From contig QQNF01000008.1 in the NCBI GenBank assembly GCA_003402705.1, positions 2,837 through 66,836 on the forward strand: 64,000 nt of DNA. Reading direction: 5' to 3'. This stretch comes from Verrucomicrobiota bacterium (GTDB lineage Bacteria; Verrucomicrobiota; Verrucomicrobiia; Verrucomicrobiales; V1-33). Positions 20,938-31,600 of the stretch are shown here, one piece after another (positions within the stretch are counted from its first letter, which is position 1; each line of letters starts with the position of its first letter). Both the position numbers and the translations under genes were made by a program. The notes beneath the pieces were generated by a model. It was not told the DNA's origin. It worked only from the letters and a program-made list of their open reading frames with translations, and ran no database searches.

Positions 20938-23900
20938 ATGAGCGTCGAAACCCAGCTTCGAGAACTCTTTGGCGGAGACACCCGCCCACAGGGATTTGAC
21001 CACGTTGCGATCACGGTTGCCGCTCCGGACACGATCCGGAGCTGGAGCCGCGGCGAGGTCAAGAACCCGGAAACCATCAACTACCGCACATTCAAGCCCG
21101 AGAAGGGCGGCCTGTTCTGCGAGCGGATCTTCGGACCGACGCGCGACTGGGAATGTTCCTGCGGCAAGTACAAGCGCATCAAGCACAAGGGCGTGGTCTG
21201 CGACCGCTGCGGTGTTGAAGTGACGCTGAGCCGCGTGCGCCGCGAGCGCATGGGCCACATTGAACTGGCGGTTCCGGTCAGTCACATCTGGTTCTACAAG
21301 TGCATGCCGAGCCGCCTCGGTCTGATGCTGGACATGACGGCGCGCCAGCTGGAACGGGTGATCTATTATGAGGATTACATCGTCATCGACCCGCTGAACA
21401 CGCCGTTCACGCGCGGGCAGCTGCTGACTGAGGTTGAGTTCCGGGAAGCCGAGGAACAGTATGGGGAAGACAGCTTCCGCTACGGGATGGGTGCTGCTGC
21501 GGTCCAGGACCTGCTAGCTGGTGTCAATCTTCCGGAGCTGGTGATCGAACTTCAGGACGCGATGACGAAGACGCGTTCGAAGCAGACGCGCAAGAAGCTG
21601 GCGAAGCGGCTGAAGCTCGCACAGGGTTTCCATTCATCGCGGTCCCGTCCGGAATGGATGGTGCTGGATGTGCTCCCGGTGATTCCTCCGGACCTTCGTC
21701 CGCTGGTGCCGCTTGAAGGCGGGCGTTTCGCCACGTCTGACCTCAACGACCTCTATCGCCGCGTCATCAACCGGAACAACCGGCTCAAGAACCTGCTCCA
21801 ACTCAAGACGCCGGACGTCATCATCCGGAATGAGAAGCGGATGCTTCAGGAAGCGGTGGATGCGCTCTTCGACAACGGCCGTCACGGTCGTGCCGTCACC
21901 GGAGCCGGCAACCGTCCGCTGAAGTCGCTGTCCGACATGCTCAAGGGCAAGGGCGGTCGTTTCCGTCAGAACCTTCTCGGCAAGCGGGTCGACTACTCAG
22001 GCCGTTCCGTTATCGTCATCGGGCCTGAACTGAAGCTCAATCAGTGCGGTCTTCCGAAGAAGATGGCGCTCGTGTTGTTCGAGCCATTCATCATCCGCCG
22101 ACTGAAGGAACTTGGTTATGTGCACACGGTGCGCAGCGCCAAGAAGATGATTGAGCGCCGGACTCCGGAAGTGTGGGACATTCTTGAAGAAGTCACGAAG
22201 GGTCACCCGGTGCTCCTCAACCGTGCGCCGACGCTGCACCGCCTATCGATTCAGGCCTTTGAGCCGGTTCTCATTGAAGGGGAAGCGATCCGGATCCATC
22301 CGCTCGTCTGTACCGCTTACAACGCGGACTTCGACGGTGACCAGATGGCGGTGCACGTCCCGCTGTCGGTTGAAGCCCAGATGGAGGCCCGCCTCCTGAT
22401 GCTGGCGACTAACAACATCTTCTCGCCATCCAGTGGGAAGCCGGTGACGACGCCTTCGCAGGACATTACCCTCGGGTCGTACTTCCTCACACACACCCGG
22501 ACCAGTCAGGTCAAGATCAAGGACGAGAATCGCCGTCCGCTCTTCTCCGATCAGGCGGAAGTTGAAATGGCGCTCGCCGAAAACGGGATCGAACTTCATC
22601 AGCCGATTCTGTTCCGCAATCCTGACAAGGGACTCAAGACGGTGTTCGGCGACGAAACCAAGGGCCTCATCGAAACGACTGCGGGCCGCGTCCGCTTCAA
22701 CGAGATCTGGCCTGTCGCGCTCGGCTTCATTAACAAGAACGTCGGCAAGAAGCAGCTCTCGGACATCATCTGGCGCTGCTGGCAGACGTCCGGGCACGAG
22801 GAAACCGTGCGCGCGCTCGACCGGCTCAAGGAACTCGGGTTCAAGGCAGCCACGCAGTCCGGATGTTCGATTGGTATCACTGACATGGTGATTCCGGCCG
22901 AGAAGAAGGAAGAGCTGGAGAAGGCCTACGTGCGCCTCGAGGAAATCGACAAGCAGCACCGCCGCGGGATCATCACCGACCGCGAACGCTACAACATGAT
23001 CATCGACTTGTGGACGCAGGCCGGTGACCACATTCAGCAGACGCTCTTCCGCCAGCTCGAGCACAACGAAGGCAAGAAGTTCGCGAATCCGCTGTTCATG
23101 ATGGTCGATTCCGGTGCGCGGGGTAACAAGCAGCAGATCAAGCAGCTTGGCGGGATGCGCGGTCTGATGGCCAAGCCTTCCGGCGAGATCATTGAGCGCC
23201 CGATCACCTCGAACTTCCGCGAAGGCCTGACGGTGCTGGAGTACTTCATTTCCACGCACGGTGCGCGGAAGGGACTCTCCGACACGGCGCTCAAGACGGC
23301 GGACTCCGGCTATATGACGCGGAAACTCGTTGATGTGGCGCAGGACGTGATCGTCTTCGAAGAAACCTGCGGAACCACTAACGGCATTCTGGTTCGTTCT
23401 CTCTATGAAGGGGATGAAGAAGTCGTGGACCTCAAGCAGCGGATCTACGGCCGCGCCTCGTGCGAGACCGTGAAGGATCCGGTGACTGGCGAGACCATCG
23501 TCCGGACAAACGACGTCATCACCGAGAAGCAGGCGGAGTCGCTGACGCGCATCGGGGTGGAGCAACTGAAGATCCGTTCGGTGCTCACTTGCGAAAGCAA
23601 GCGTGGTTGCTGCGCCCTCTGCTATGGTCTGCACCTCGGCACGGGTCACCCTGTCAAGGTCGGTGAAGCGGTCGGGATTGTGGCTGCTCAGTCGATCGGT
23701 GAGCCGGGAACGCAGCTGACGATGCGTACGTTCCACATCGGTGGTGTTGCCGGTGGTTCGTTCAAGCAGCCGATCATCAAGGTCAAGCACTCCGGGATTA
23801 TCCGTTACAACGATATCCGGGCCGTCAAGGCGCCGGACGGCAACTTCATCGTGCTCACCAAGAACGGCACGGTTTCGGTCGTCGACAGCGAGGGCCTCGA

Positions 23901-25077
23901 ACTGGAAAGCCACAAACTGGTAATCGGTTCGGTCATCTACAAGGGTGAGAACGAGTCGATCAAGAAGGGCGAAACGCTCGTCACATGGGAACAGCACGCC
24001 GTTCCGGTCATCACGGAGCGCGAGGGAATCATTGACTTCCGCGACATGATCCCCGGGATCACGCTAGGCAAGTCTGGCGAGAAGGGCTCCGATCAGATGA
24101 TCGTCCTTGAGCACAAGGAAGACCTGCACCCGCAGATCGTTGTTCTCGCGCCGAAGTCCAAGGAAGTGCTGGCGAGTTACTCGATTCCTGCCGGCGCGTT
24201 CCTTTCGGTCAAGAAGGGCGAGCACGTTGATGCTGGGGTTACCCTGGCCAAGACGCCCCGCAAGGTCAGCAAGGCGAAGGACATTACCGGTGGTCTTCCC
24301 CGCGTTGCGGAACTGTTCGAAGCCCGCAAACCGAAGGACCATGCCGAGATCGCCAAGATCGACGGTGCGGTTTCCATCGGTGGAATGGTCCGCGGCAAGC
24401 GCAAGGTCATCGTCCGGGACGACGAGTCCGGTGAGGAAGAAGAGCACCTCGTCCCGCGCGGTAAGCACATCATCGTATTCGATGGCGACCGCGTGAAGAA
24501 GGGGGATCAGATCACCGAAGGGCCGGTGGTGCCGCATGAAATCCTCGAGATTCTCGGGCCTCATGAACTCCAGGAGCACCTCGTCAACGAGGTTCAGGAG
24601 GTCTATCGCCTCCAAGGGGTGGAGATCAACGACAAGCACATTGAGATCATCATCCGCCAGATGCTCCGCAAGGTGAAGATCACCGATCCGGGCGATACCG
24701 AGTTCCTCTGGGGCGACCAGATCGAGCGCATCGAGTTCGAGGAAGCCAACCGCGTCATTGTGGAGCAGGGCGGCAAGCCGGCGGAAGCCGAACCGGTTCT
24801 GCTCGGGATTACCAAGGCGAGCCTTGAAACTGATTCGTTCATCTCGGCCGCGTCCTTCCAGGACACGACCCGCGTCCTCACCGACGCCGCCACGCTCGGC
24901 AAGTTCGACTGGCTGCGCGGGTTCAAGGAAAACGTCATCATGGGCCACCTCATCCCGGCTGGTACCGGCTTCCTCCGGAACCGCGAGATGAAGGTCCACG
25001 AGGAAATCGACCTCCGGAAATCGGACGGCCTCGACTCGATCGAGGATGAAGCGGATTCCCTGCTCGACGCGATCTGA
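20938..25077 (+). CDS. rpoC: DNA-directed RNA polymerase subunit beta'
   Basis: Zn-finger CSCGKYK..CDRCGVE, catalytic [36 protein letters not shown]. Confidence 0.99.
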   Translation: MSVETQLRELFGGDTRPQGFDHVAITVAAPDTIRSWSRGEVKNPETINYRTFKPEKGGLFCERIFGPTRDWECSCGKYKRIKHKGVVCDRCGVEVTLSRVRRERMGHIELAVPVSHIWFYKCMPSRLGLMLDMTARQLERVIYYEDYIVIDPLNTPFTRGQLLTEVEFREAEEQYGEDSFRYGMGAAAVQDLLAGVNLPELVIELQDAMTKTRSKQTRKKLAKRLKLAQGFHSSRSRPEWMVLDVLPVIPPDLRPLVPLEGGRFATSDLNDLYRRVINRNNRLKNLLQLKTPDVIIRNEKRMLQEAVDALFDNGRHGRAVTGAGNRPLKSLSDMLKGKGGRFRQNLLGKRVDYSGRSVIVIGPELKLNQCGLPKKMALVLFEPFIIRRLKELGYVHTVRSAKKMIERRTPEVWDILEEVTKGHPVLLNRAPTLHRLSIQAFEPVLIEGEAIRIHPLVCTAYNADFDGDQMAVHVPLSVEAQMEARLLMLATNNIFSPSSGKPVTTPSQDITLGSYFLTHTRTSQVKIKDENRRPLFSDQAEVEMALAENGIELHQPILFRNPDKGLKTVFGDETKGLIETTAGRVRFNEIWPVALGFINKNVGKKQLSDIIWRCWQTSGHEETVRALDRLKELGFKAATQSGCSIGITDMVIPAEKKEELEKAYVRLEEIDKQHRRGIITDRERYNMIIDLWTQAGDHIQQTLFRQLEHNEGKKFANPLFMMVDSGARGNKQQIKQLGGMRGLMAKPSGEIIERPITSNFREGLTVLEYFISTHGARKGLSDTALKTADSGYMTRKLVDVAQDVIVFEETCGTTNGILVRSLYEGDEEVVDLKQRIYGRASCETVKDPVTGETIVRTNDVITEKQAESLTRIGVEQLKIRSVLTCESKRGCCALCYGLHLGTGHPVKVGEAVGIVAAQSIGEPGTQLTMRTFHIGGVAGGSFKQPIIKVKHSGIIRYNDIRAVKAPDGNFIVLTKNGTVSVVDSEGLELESHKLVIGSVIYKGENESIKKGETLVTWEQHAVPVITEREGIIDFRDMIPGITLGKSGEKGSDQMIVLEHKEDLHPQIVVLAPKSKEVLASYSIPAGAFLSVKKGEHVDAGVTLAKTPRKVSKAKDITGGLPRVAELFEARKPKDHAEIAKIDGAVSIGGMVRGKRKVIVRDDESGEEEEHLVPRGKHIIVFDGDRVKKGDQITEGPVVPHEILEILGPHELQEHLVNEVQEVYRLQGVEINDKHIEIIIRQMLRKVKITDPGDTEFLWGDQIERIEFEEANRVIVEQGGKPAEAEPVLLGITKASLETDSFISAASFQDTTRVLTDAATLGKFDWLRGFKENVIMGHLIPAGTGFLRNREMKVHEEIDLRKSDGLDSIEDEADSLLDAI

Positions 25078-25104
25078 GCGGACGGTCGGAATTGATTCCA
25101 GCAT

Positions 25105-25137
25105 GGGCCGCGCTCCGGAAACGGGGCGCGGCCTTCT
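25105..25137 (+). terminator. Intrinsic terminator after rpoC
   Basis: GGCCGCGCTCCG-GAAA-CGGGGCGCGGCC followed by TTCT. Confidence 0.65.
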
Positions 25138-25152
25138 GCGTGGCGGGGGTGC

Positions 25153-25225
25153 CGTTAAAAATGTAACGAATCGAACTTGCGGGCGGCGGTTTGTCCGTTA
25201 AATAAGCAACGCTAAATCTTTAACC
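25153..25225. promoter_or_regulatory. Three palindromic operator sites (consensus CGTTA-N6-TAACG) upstream of the BlaI-family gene
   Basis: 25153-68 CGTTA-AAAATG-TAACG (perfect arms); 25196-211 CGTTA-AATAAG-CAACG; 25210-25 CGCTA-AATCTT-TAACC. Confidence 0.7.
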
Positions 25226-25237
25226 GACACGAATGCC

Positions 25238-25621
25238 ATGACTGACAGTGCCCAACTAACGCGCCGGGAACGACAGATGATGGATGCGCTGTATGCGCGG
25301 GGGGAGGCGACGGTGAATCAGGTGGTGGAGGCGTTGCCGGATCCACCGACGCCGATGGCGGTGCGGCGGATGCTGCACATTCTGGAGGAGAAGGGGCATT
25401 TGCGGCGGCGGGAGCAGGGGAGGGAGGTGGTGTATGCGCCGAAGGAGTCGCGGTCGCGGGCAGGGAGGACGGCGTTTGAGAAGGTGCTGGAAACGTTTTT
25501 TGGCGGGTCGCTGGAGGAAGCGCTTTCGTCGCATCTGCTGTCGCGGAAGGATGGAGTGACGGAGGAGGAGCGGGACCGGCTGGTGGCGCTGATTGAACAA
25601 GCCAAGAAGGAGGGCCGCTGA
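25238..25621 (+). CDS. BlaI/MecI/CopY family transcriptional repressor
   Basis: LTRRERQMMDALY..GEATV..V, LEEKGHL.R...GR..VY.P, FFGGS..AL; directly upstream of an M56 peptidase gene. Confidence 0.93.
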   Translation: MTDSAQLTRRERQMMDALYARGEATVNQVVEALPDPPTPMAVRRMLHILEEKGHLRRREQGREVVYAPKESRSRAGRTAFEKVLETFFGGSLEEALSSHLLSRKDGVTEEERDRLVALIEQAKKEGR

Positions 25622-25622
25622 G

Positions 25623-28600
25623 ATGAACCGGATCCTGATCTTTGCGGCGGCTGCGGTTCCGCTGCTGGCGGATGCCTCGCTCAAGGGTGCGGCGCTGCTG
25701 GTGCTGGCTGGCGTGGGTGTGTTAGTGATGCGGCGGGCGTCTGCGTCTGCGCGGCACATGGTCTGGCTGGCGGCGATGGTGGCGTTGCTGATTGTTCCGG
25801 TGCTGAGCGTGGTGCTGCCGGGGTGGCGCGTGCTGCCGCGGTGGTCGGCGCGGCAAGCGGTGGTGGCTGATGTTGCGATGCCCCGAGCGGCCGAGAAGCC
25901 TGCCCTAACGGCACCGCCGACGGAACGACCGGTCGTGTTTCCTGCGGCGGCCCCGTTGCCGGTGCCCGAGATGGCTGCCGTGTTGCGGCCGAGTGTCCCG
26001 GTGTTGGTGGCGAGCGAATCCGTTATGCCGTTCCCGCGACACGGGTGGTTGCTGCCAATCTGGGCAGCCGGATGTGGGGTGCTGGTGCTTAGGCTTACGG
26101 CCGCGCATGTGCTTCTGCGCCGCAGCACCCGGCGCTGTGAACCCGCTGACGGTGCGCTCGTGGCCACGCTGGAGGCGGCGCGGGTCGAGTGTGGCGTTCG
26201 TCAGCCGGTGCGGCTGCTGATGGACAAGGGACGGACCATTCCGGTGGTCTGGGGGATGTTCCGGCCACAGCTCCTGCTGCCTGCGGAAGCGGAATACTGG
26301 AACGCGACGCAGCTTCGTTCGGTCCTGCTGCACGAACTAGCGCACCTGCGCCGACGGGATCCCCTGACGCAATTTCTCACCCAACTGGCCTGTGCGCTGC
26401 ATTGGTTCAATCCCCTTGTCTGGCTGGCGGCGTGGCGACTGCACGTCGAACGCGAGCGAGCCTGCGACGACCTTGTGCTGGCCCGGGGTGTCAAGCCATC
26501 GGCTTACGCCGAGCACCTGCTGCAGATTGCGACGCAGCTTTCCCCAGCGAGATGGACGCAGGCCTGTGGACTCGCGATGGCTCGCAAGTCATCGATTGAG
26601 GGGCGCCTGCATGCCGTCCTCAGCGACAAACTCAACAGGCGCAGTGTGACCCGCGCGCTCACGGCGGCGGCGCTGATGCTAGGTGCGATCATCGCCGTTC
26701 CGCTCGCGATGCTCCGCGCGGCGGATGAGAAATGGGATTCGCCGCTGCAGACGGCGGCGGAGAAGATGACTGCTGCGACGATCCGTCAGGGTGGGGCGCT
26801 GCCGGAGCGCTTCGGCGGCGTGGCTTGGGGCGAAACGCAGCCAACTGGCTTGCGGGCGGCGTGGTTGCTGGAGCCGGGGGCTGCGGAGCATCGCATGGGA
26901 ACGGCGTTGAAGGCGCGATTGCTGGTGCAGAATGCGGGGACCATTCCCGTGATGGCGCGAGTTCCGACATGGCATCAGGGAGGGGTTTCTGCGCGGGATG
27001 AGGCGGGCGGGGAAGTCGAGGTTTCCGGGATCGATTGGACGACCATCGCGAGGCTTGTTCCGGTTTGTCTTGCGCCTGGCGAGTATATTGAGATCAACGC
27101 GCCAGGTGTTGGGCTTGGTAAAGATGCGGGCCGCGGGCCATGGGCGGGGCCGCGTGTTGGTTCCAATGTGCTCGCGAAGGACGGCGCTGAACTCATCCTG
27201 ACGCATGGACCGATTCCGTTGGATGGCAGCGGTGTCGGCATGAGGGAAGATGCGCCGCACATTGTCGGTCCGGGTTGGTGGCAGGCGCATATCAAGGAAC
27301 GGTTGAGCCGCGAACTGCCGCTGCCTTCCAGTGGTGCCAAGCGCACTCACCTCCTCGACCGGGCTGTGCGCGATCTGTTCGCGACAACGCCTACGGCTGA
27401 CGAGATTGCCTCCTTTGCCACGGACCAGAGCGATGGTGCGCTCGATGCTCTTGTGCAGCGCCTAGCCGCAAGAGTGGATCGGGTCGAATTTTCAGGCTCG
27501 CTGCCCACTGCGCCGGTGAAGTTCCGCGTGCTTCCGGCTGATCCGGGCATTGCTGACAAAGCTCCGCGGGTCGTGCTCGGACCTGGCGAGTATCCATTGA
27601 GTGGAGGGACGGCGGCGCGCGGGGCGGTGATGCTGAAGATTGTTGGGCGGCCGGTTGGTGATCGCCGCACGAATGATGCGCAGATCCTGTTCGAGGCCAC
27701 CGAGGCGACGGGAAAGCTTCCGCCGAACCCTCACAAACTTGAGATCCCCGATGGCTGGGGTACATGGGCCATCGTCTGCCGCCCCGGCGAAGGATTCTTC
27801 TACGTCCTGCACAAAGGCGGCGCGCGGAAGATTGACTACAGCGATCCTGCCAAAGTCACCGACTTGCCCGCAACCGTTGTGCCCGTCGAGTTCCGTGACA
27901 AAGTGAAGCGCCAGTTGGACCTTGCTGGGGTCGCTGCCGAGTCGCTGGCCGAGGTGTTTGAAAGGGCTGCGGCTCCTGCTTCAGAGACGGGCGAGGCGAG
28001 GGCTCCGGAACAGACGCACTTGTGGAACGACAAGTATGCCGCAGTCGCCTACCAGACAGGGGAGGATGTGAACTTTGTCCTTGTCCATGAGGGCTTCATT
28101 TCGACGGGGATCGAGGAGAGCTTTTCGCCGATGAGCGGGTGGTGGCGCATCGCGGGGAACATTCACCTCGTGGACTCGAAGCTGACGGAGGCGGCGGGCA
28201 AGAATGTGGATAAGCGCGTCATCGCGGTGAAGCACACATCTGACGAGCCGGGGACGCTGTATATCGACGGCAAGGCGTACGCGCTGGGTGCCGGGCGCGT
28301 CTTCGTCCTCGGTGATGCTGGCGAGCCGTTCCAGGCGGCGAGGTCGATGGCGCTGCGGACCAAGGAGGACTTGGTGAAGATTGGAGACATTGTGATAGAG
28401 GACGTGAAGCGGGCGCGGCAAGGGAAGACGCCTGAGCCGAAGCAGACGGGGTCAGTCCAGCCTGTGACGGACGGCAAGTCCTCGGCCCAGGTGCTGCGGG
28501 CGGATGGTCAGGAGCCGATTGTCATCCTAACTGGGCGGGCGCTCACGGCCTCGCCGGAATCGACCGGCCGTGAGGGAGGTCTGACGATGGATGTGGCGAC

Positions 28601-31600
28601 TTCGGACAAGACGATCACGGTCCGGTACGTCTGGCCGGAGGACGCGCCTGGTTTTCTGGATCTCAAGGCCGGGGGCTATCCTGTTTCGCGCTTCGATCTG
28701 AGTCGGGGGCGAGTGTTTTATGTGCATTTCGAGAAGCTGGAGTTTGCGGCCGAGATATTCCAGGTGCCTGCGGGGACCAAGGTGCCGGCGATTGATTCGC
28801 CTGCGGCGCTGACGGAGGCGGCCGCAGCTGTGACAGCGTGGTATGCGTCGTGTGACGACCGGGCGCGTTGGGAATCCAGTCGCGTGGTGGTGCCTGAAAG
28901 CGAGTATAAAGGCGGAAAGCCGCTGGATGCCGGTGCTGACAAGATTGTGTGGGGCGAAGCGAATGACGCAGGGTTGCGGCTGGGGATTGGAGGATTGGAG
29001 CCGGGAGTAGCGTATGCGGTGGGCCAGCAACTGCCGGTGAAGCAATACATCCGCAATGATAGCGGCAGTGTGGTCGCGTTCAGTCCGACGCAGATTTTCA
29101 ATGAGGGCGTGGGCGGCGAGCTTGTTCGCAAGGCCGATGGGAAAAAGTTCCCTCACCAGAAGGGCTACCCGGGGCAGGGATTTTTTGACCGTGTGAGACT
29201 CGCGGCTGGGCACTACATTGAGATAGGGTCCGGCCCGATGCGCACGATCATGGCGGAGAAGAATGGATCCAGTCCTGGGGGGATGGACATGATGGCGCAC
29301 GGGTTTACCGTGTGGCCGGGTGAGTATACGCTGCGGCTTACGCACGACATCGGGCAGTTTCTGGGACGCCCGGCGAACTCTCATTTCGGGGATCCCCGCA
29401 ACGCCCCGGGGCTGGGCGAATGGACGGGTGTCCTGACGTCCGAGGCAGTGCCGCTGCGGCTGGCGGATGAGCAGGTGAAAACGGCGAAGGCGGGGGACAG
29501 CGAGGCATTTGGAAGCCAGTACATGATTGCCTTCGAGAAGGGCGTCATCAGGCTGCGGCATTACAAAGGGTATCCCAACATGGCGCAGACAGGTGGCCCG
29601 TGGGAAGACGGGATCCGCGACTGGAAGATTCCTGCGGCCGATGGCGAGTACGTGGCGGCGTGGGCGGTGGGAGGGAATGGGATTTGGGTCAAGGATGCGT
29701 CAGGAATCACTCATCTGATCGTGAAGGAGAACCTGACGGAGATTGGGAAGTGGACGCTGGAGCAGGCGGCGGGAGGAAGGGGCGACATGCCTGCGGGGGT
29801 GCGTGCGGTGCTGCAGTTGCCGCCGGGACGGGTGGAGGAGAAGCCATCTGCTGAAGCACCGGCGGCGGGCGGGCCGGTTAAGCCGCGGCACGAGTCGGCG
29901 CAGTCGCTTTTCCGCAGGTGGCAGGCGGGCGCGCGGACGGATGGGATGATTCCTGCGGCGGTCGCGGAGCAACTGGCGGGGGAGGTGGAACCTGTTGATG
30001 ACACGGCCCGCGCGTTGTTCAAAAGATGGAAGGTGTATTCGCGAACGAATGGGATGATTCCAGGCGGGCTCGTCGGGCGGCTCGTGGAGAGCATTAACGT
30101 TTACCTCAAGCGGCCGCCCAGAGAAGATGCCGTACCGAAGCTCGCGGCGGTCCGGGCGAAGCTGGATAAATCCAGAGACTGGACGCCGAGGGATGCGGCG
30201 GCGATGCTGGACGAAGTCTCTGCGATTGAGGACCTTCCAGTATTCTGGGCTCGGGGGTCGCTGGATTACCTTGAGGGTGGGTATCTGAGTCGCGGCAAGC
30301 CACTTCCGGATGAGCTGAGAGATGTGGGCTGGGGAAAGCCCGGGAGTAAGGGATTGCGGGCTGCGTGGCGACTGGAACCCAGGGCAGCGGTTTACGCGCC
30401 GGAGTCGGTGCTGAGGGCGCGTGTCTTGTTTCACAATACCGGCCGGGTCCCCGTCGTGTTCACGACGAACGAGGAGCACCGACTTGATGAGCATCATGCT
30501 CATGATGCTGGAGGTAAAGCGATTGCCGTGGAGCCCTCTCGGGATGAGGGCATGGAAATCCATAGGATGTGCAGGCTGGGGCCGGGGGAATTCTGTGAGG
30601 TGACTGCACCGAGGGTCGCCATAGGATGGCGTGACCGGCGGGATATTGACGTTTTCATCAATATCGGCGCGAAAGAGGGCGACGAAGTGATTCTCAGTCA
30701 CAAGGTGGAAGCCGGGTGGATTCCTCCCGACGTGGACGGTGAATGGACGAATCCAGTTGTCGAAGAACTGGCGGCACGAATGAGCGAGGCGATCACCGAA
30801 CGCATCGAGCTGGAGTCCCCCCTGCCGCATGCTGCTGCGGACCGCGAGTCGATCGTCCGGCGGCTGATGATTGATTTCACGGGTGAGCCACCAACGGACG
30901 AGCGGGTGAGGGCATTCGTTACTGACGATTCATCCGATGCTATGGTGAAGCTCAGAGACCACTTGCTTGCGAATCTGGTCAGCGTCACGTGGAGCGGTCC
31001 GTTGGAGACGGGTGAGACGAGATTCCGTGTGGTTCCGACTGACCCGGCAGCTGCGAAGGCTGCACGATCGGCTAATTCCACCGGGCGCTACGTGCTTGGG
31101 GACGCGGTGGATCTGCGGATCTCACAGACGGCCTCCGCACTCGGCCGACGGAACCGAGCGACCATAGTCTTCCGTTCGCCCGACCCGGAGCAGGTATCGG
31201 GTTGCAAACCCTATGAGATTGCGCTGCCTGACGGGACTGACACTTACGGGATGGTGTGGGTGCGGGGTGCGGGGGAATTGTGGGTGATGGAGAACGGTCT
31301 GGTGAGGCGTTATGATTTCAGGGAACCGGGAGCGGTGAAGGAAGTGAGGATTGAGTCTGGGAGTATTGGTGATATTCCGGAGCCATTGCGGGAGGCGATG
31401 AAGCAGGCGTTCGGTGAGCTTGCGGCGACCGGGCAGCAGCAGCGGCAGAGAGCATCTGGGGCAGGAGCGCGGCGAGCGGTCGATTGGGGCAAGTTCCCGG
31501 CGTATGATGAGCTTGAAGATCCGTTTGTGACCGAGAAGGCTCTGGAGCTGGCGGCGAAGGCCGAGTTGGCGAGTGATGAGGTGCGTCGCCTGATGTTCAT

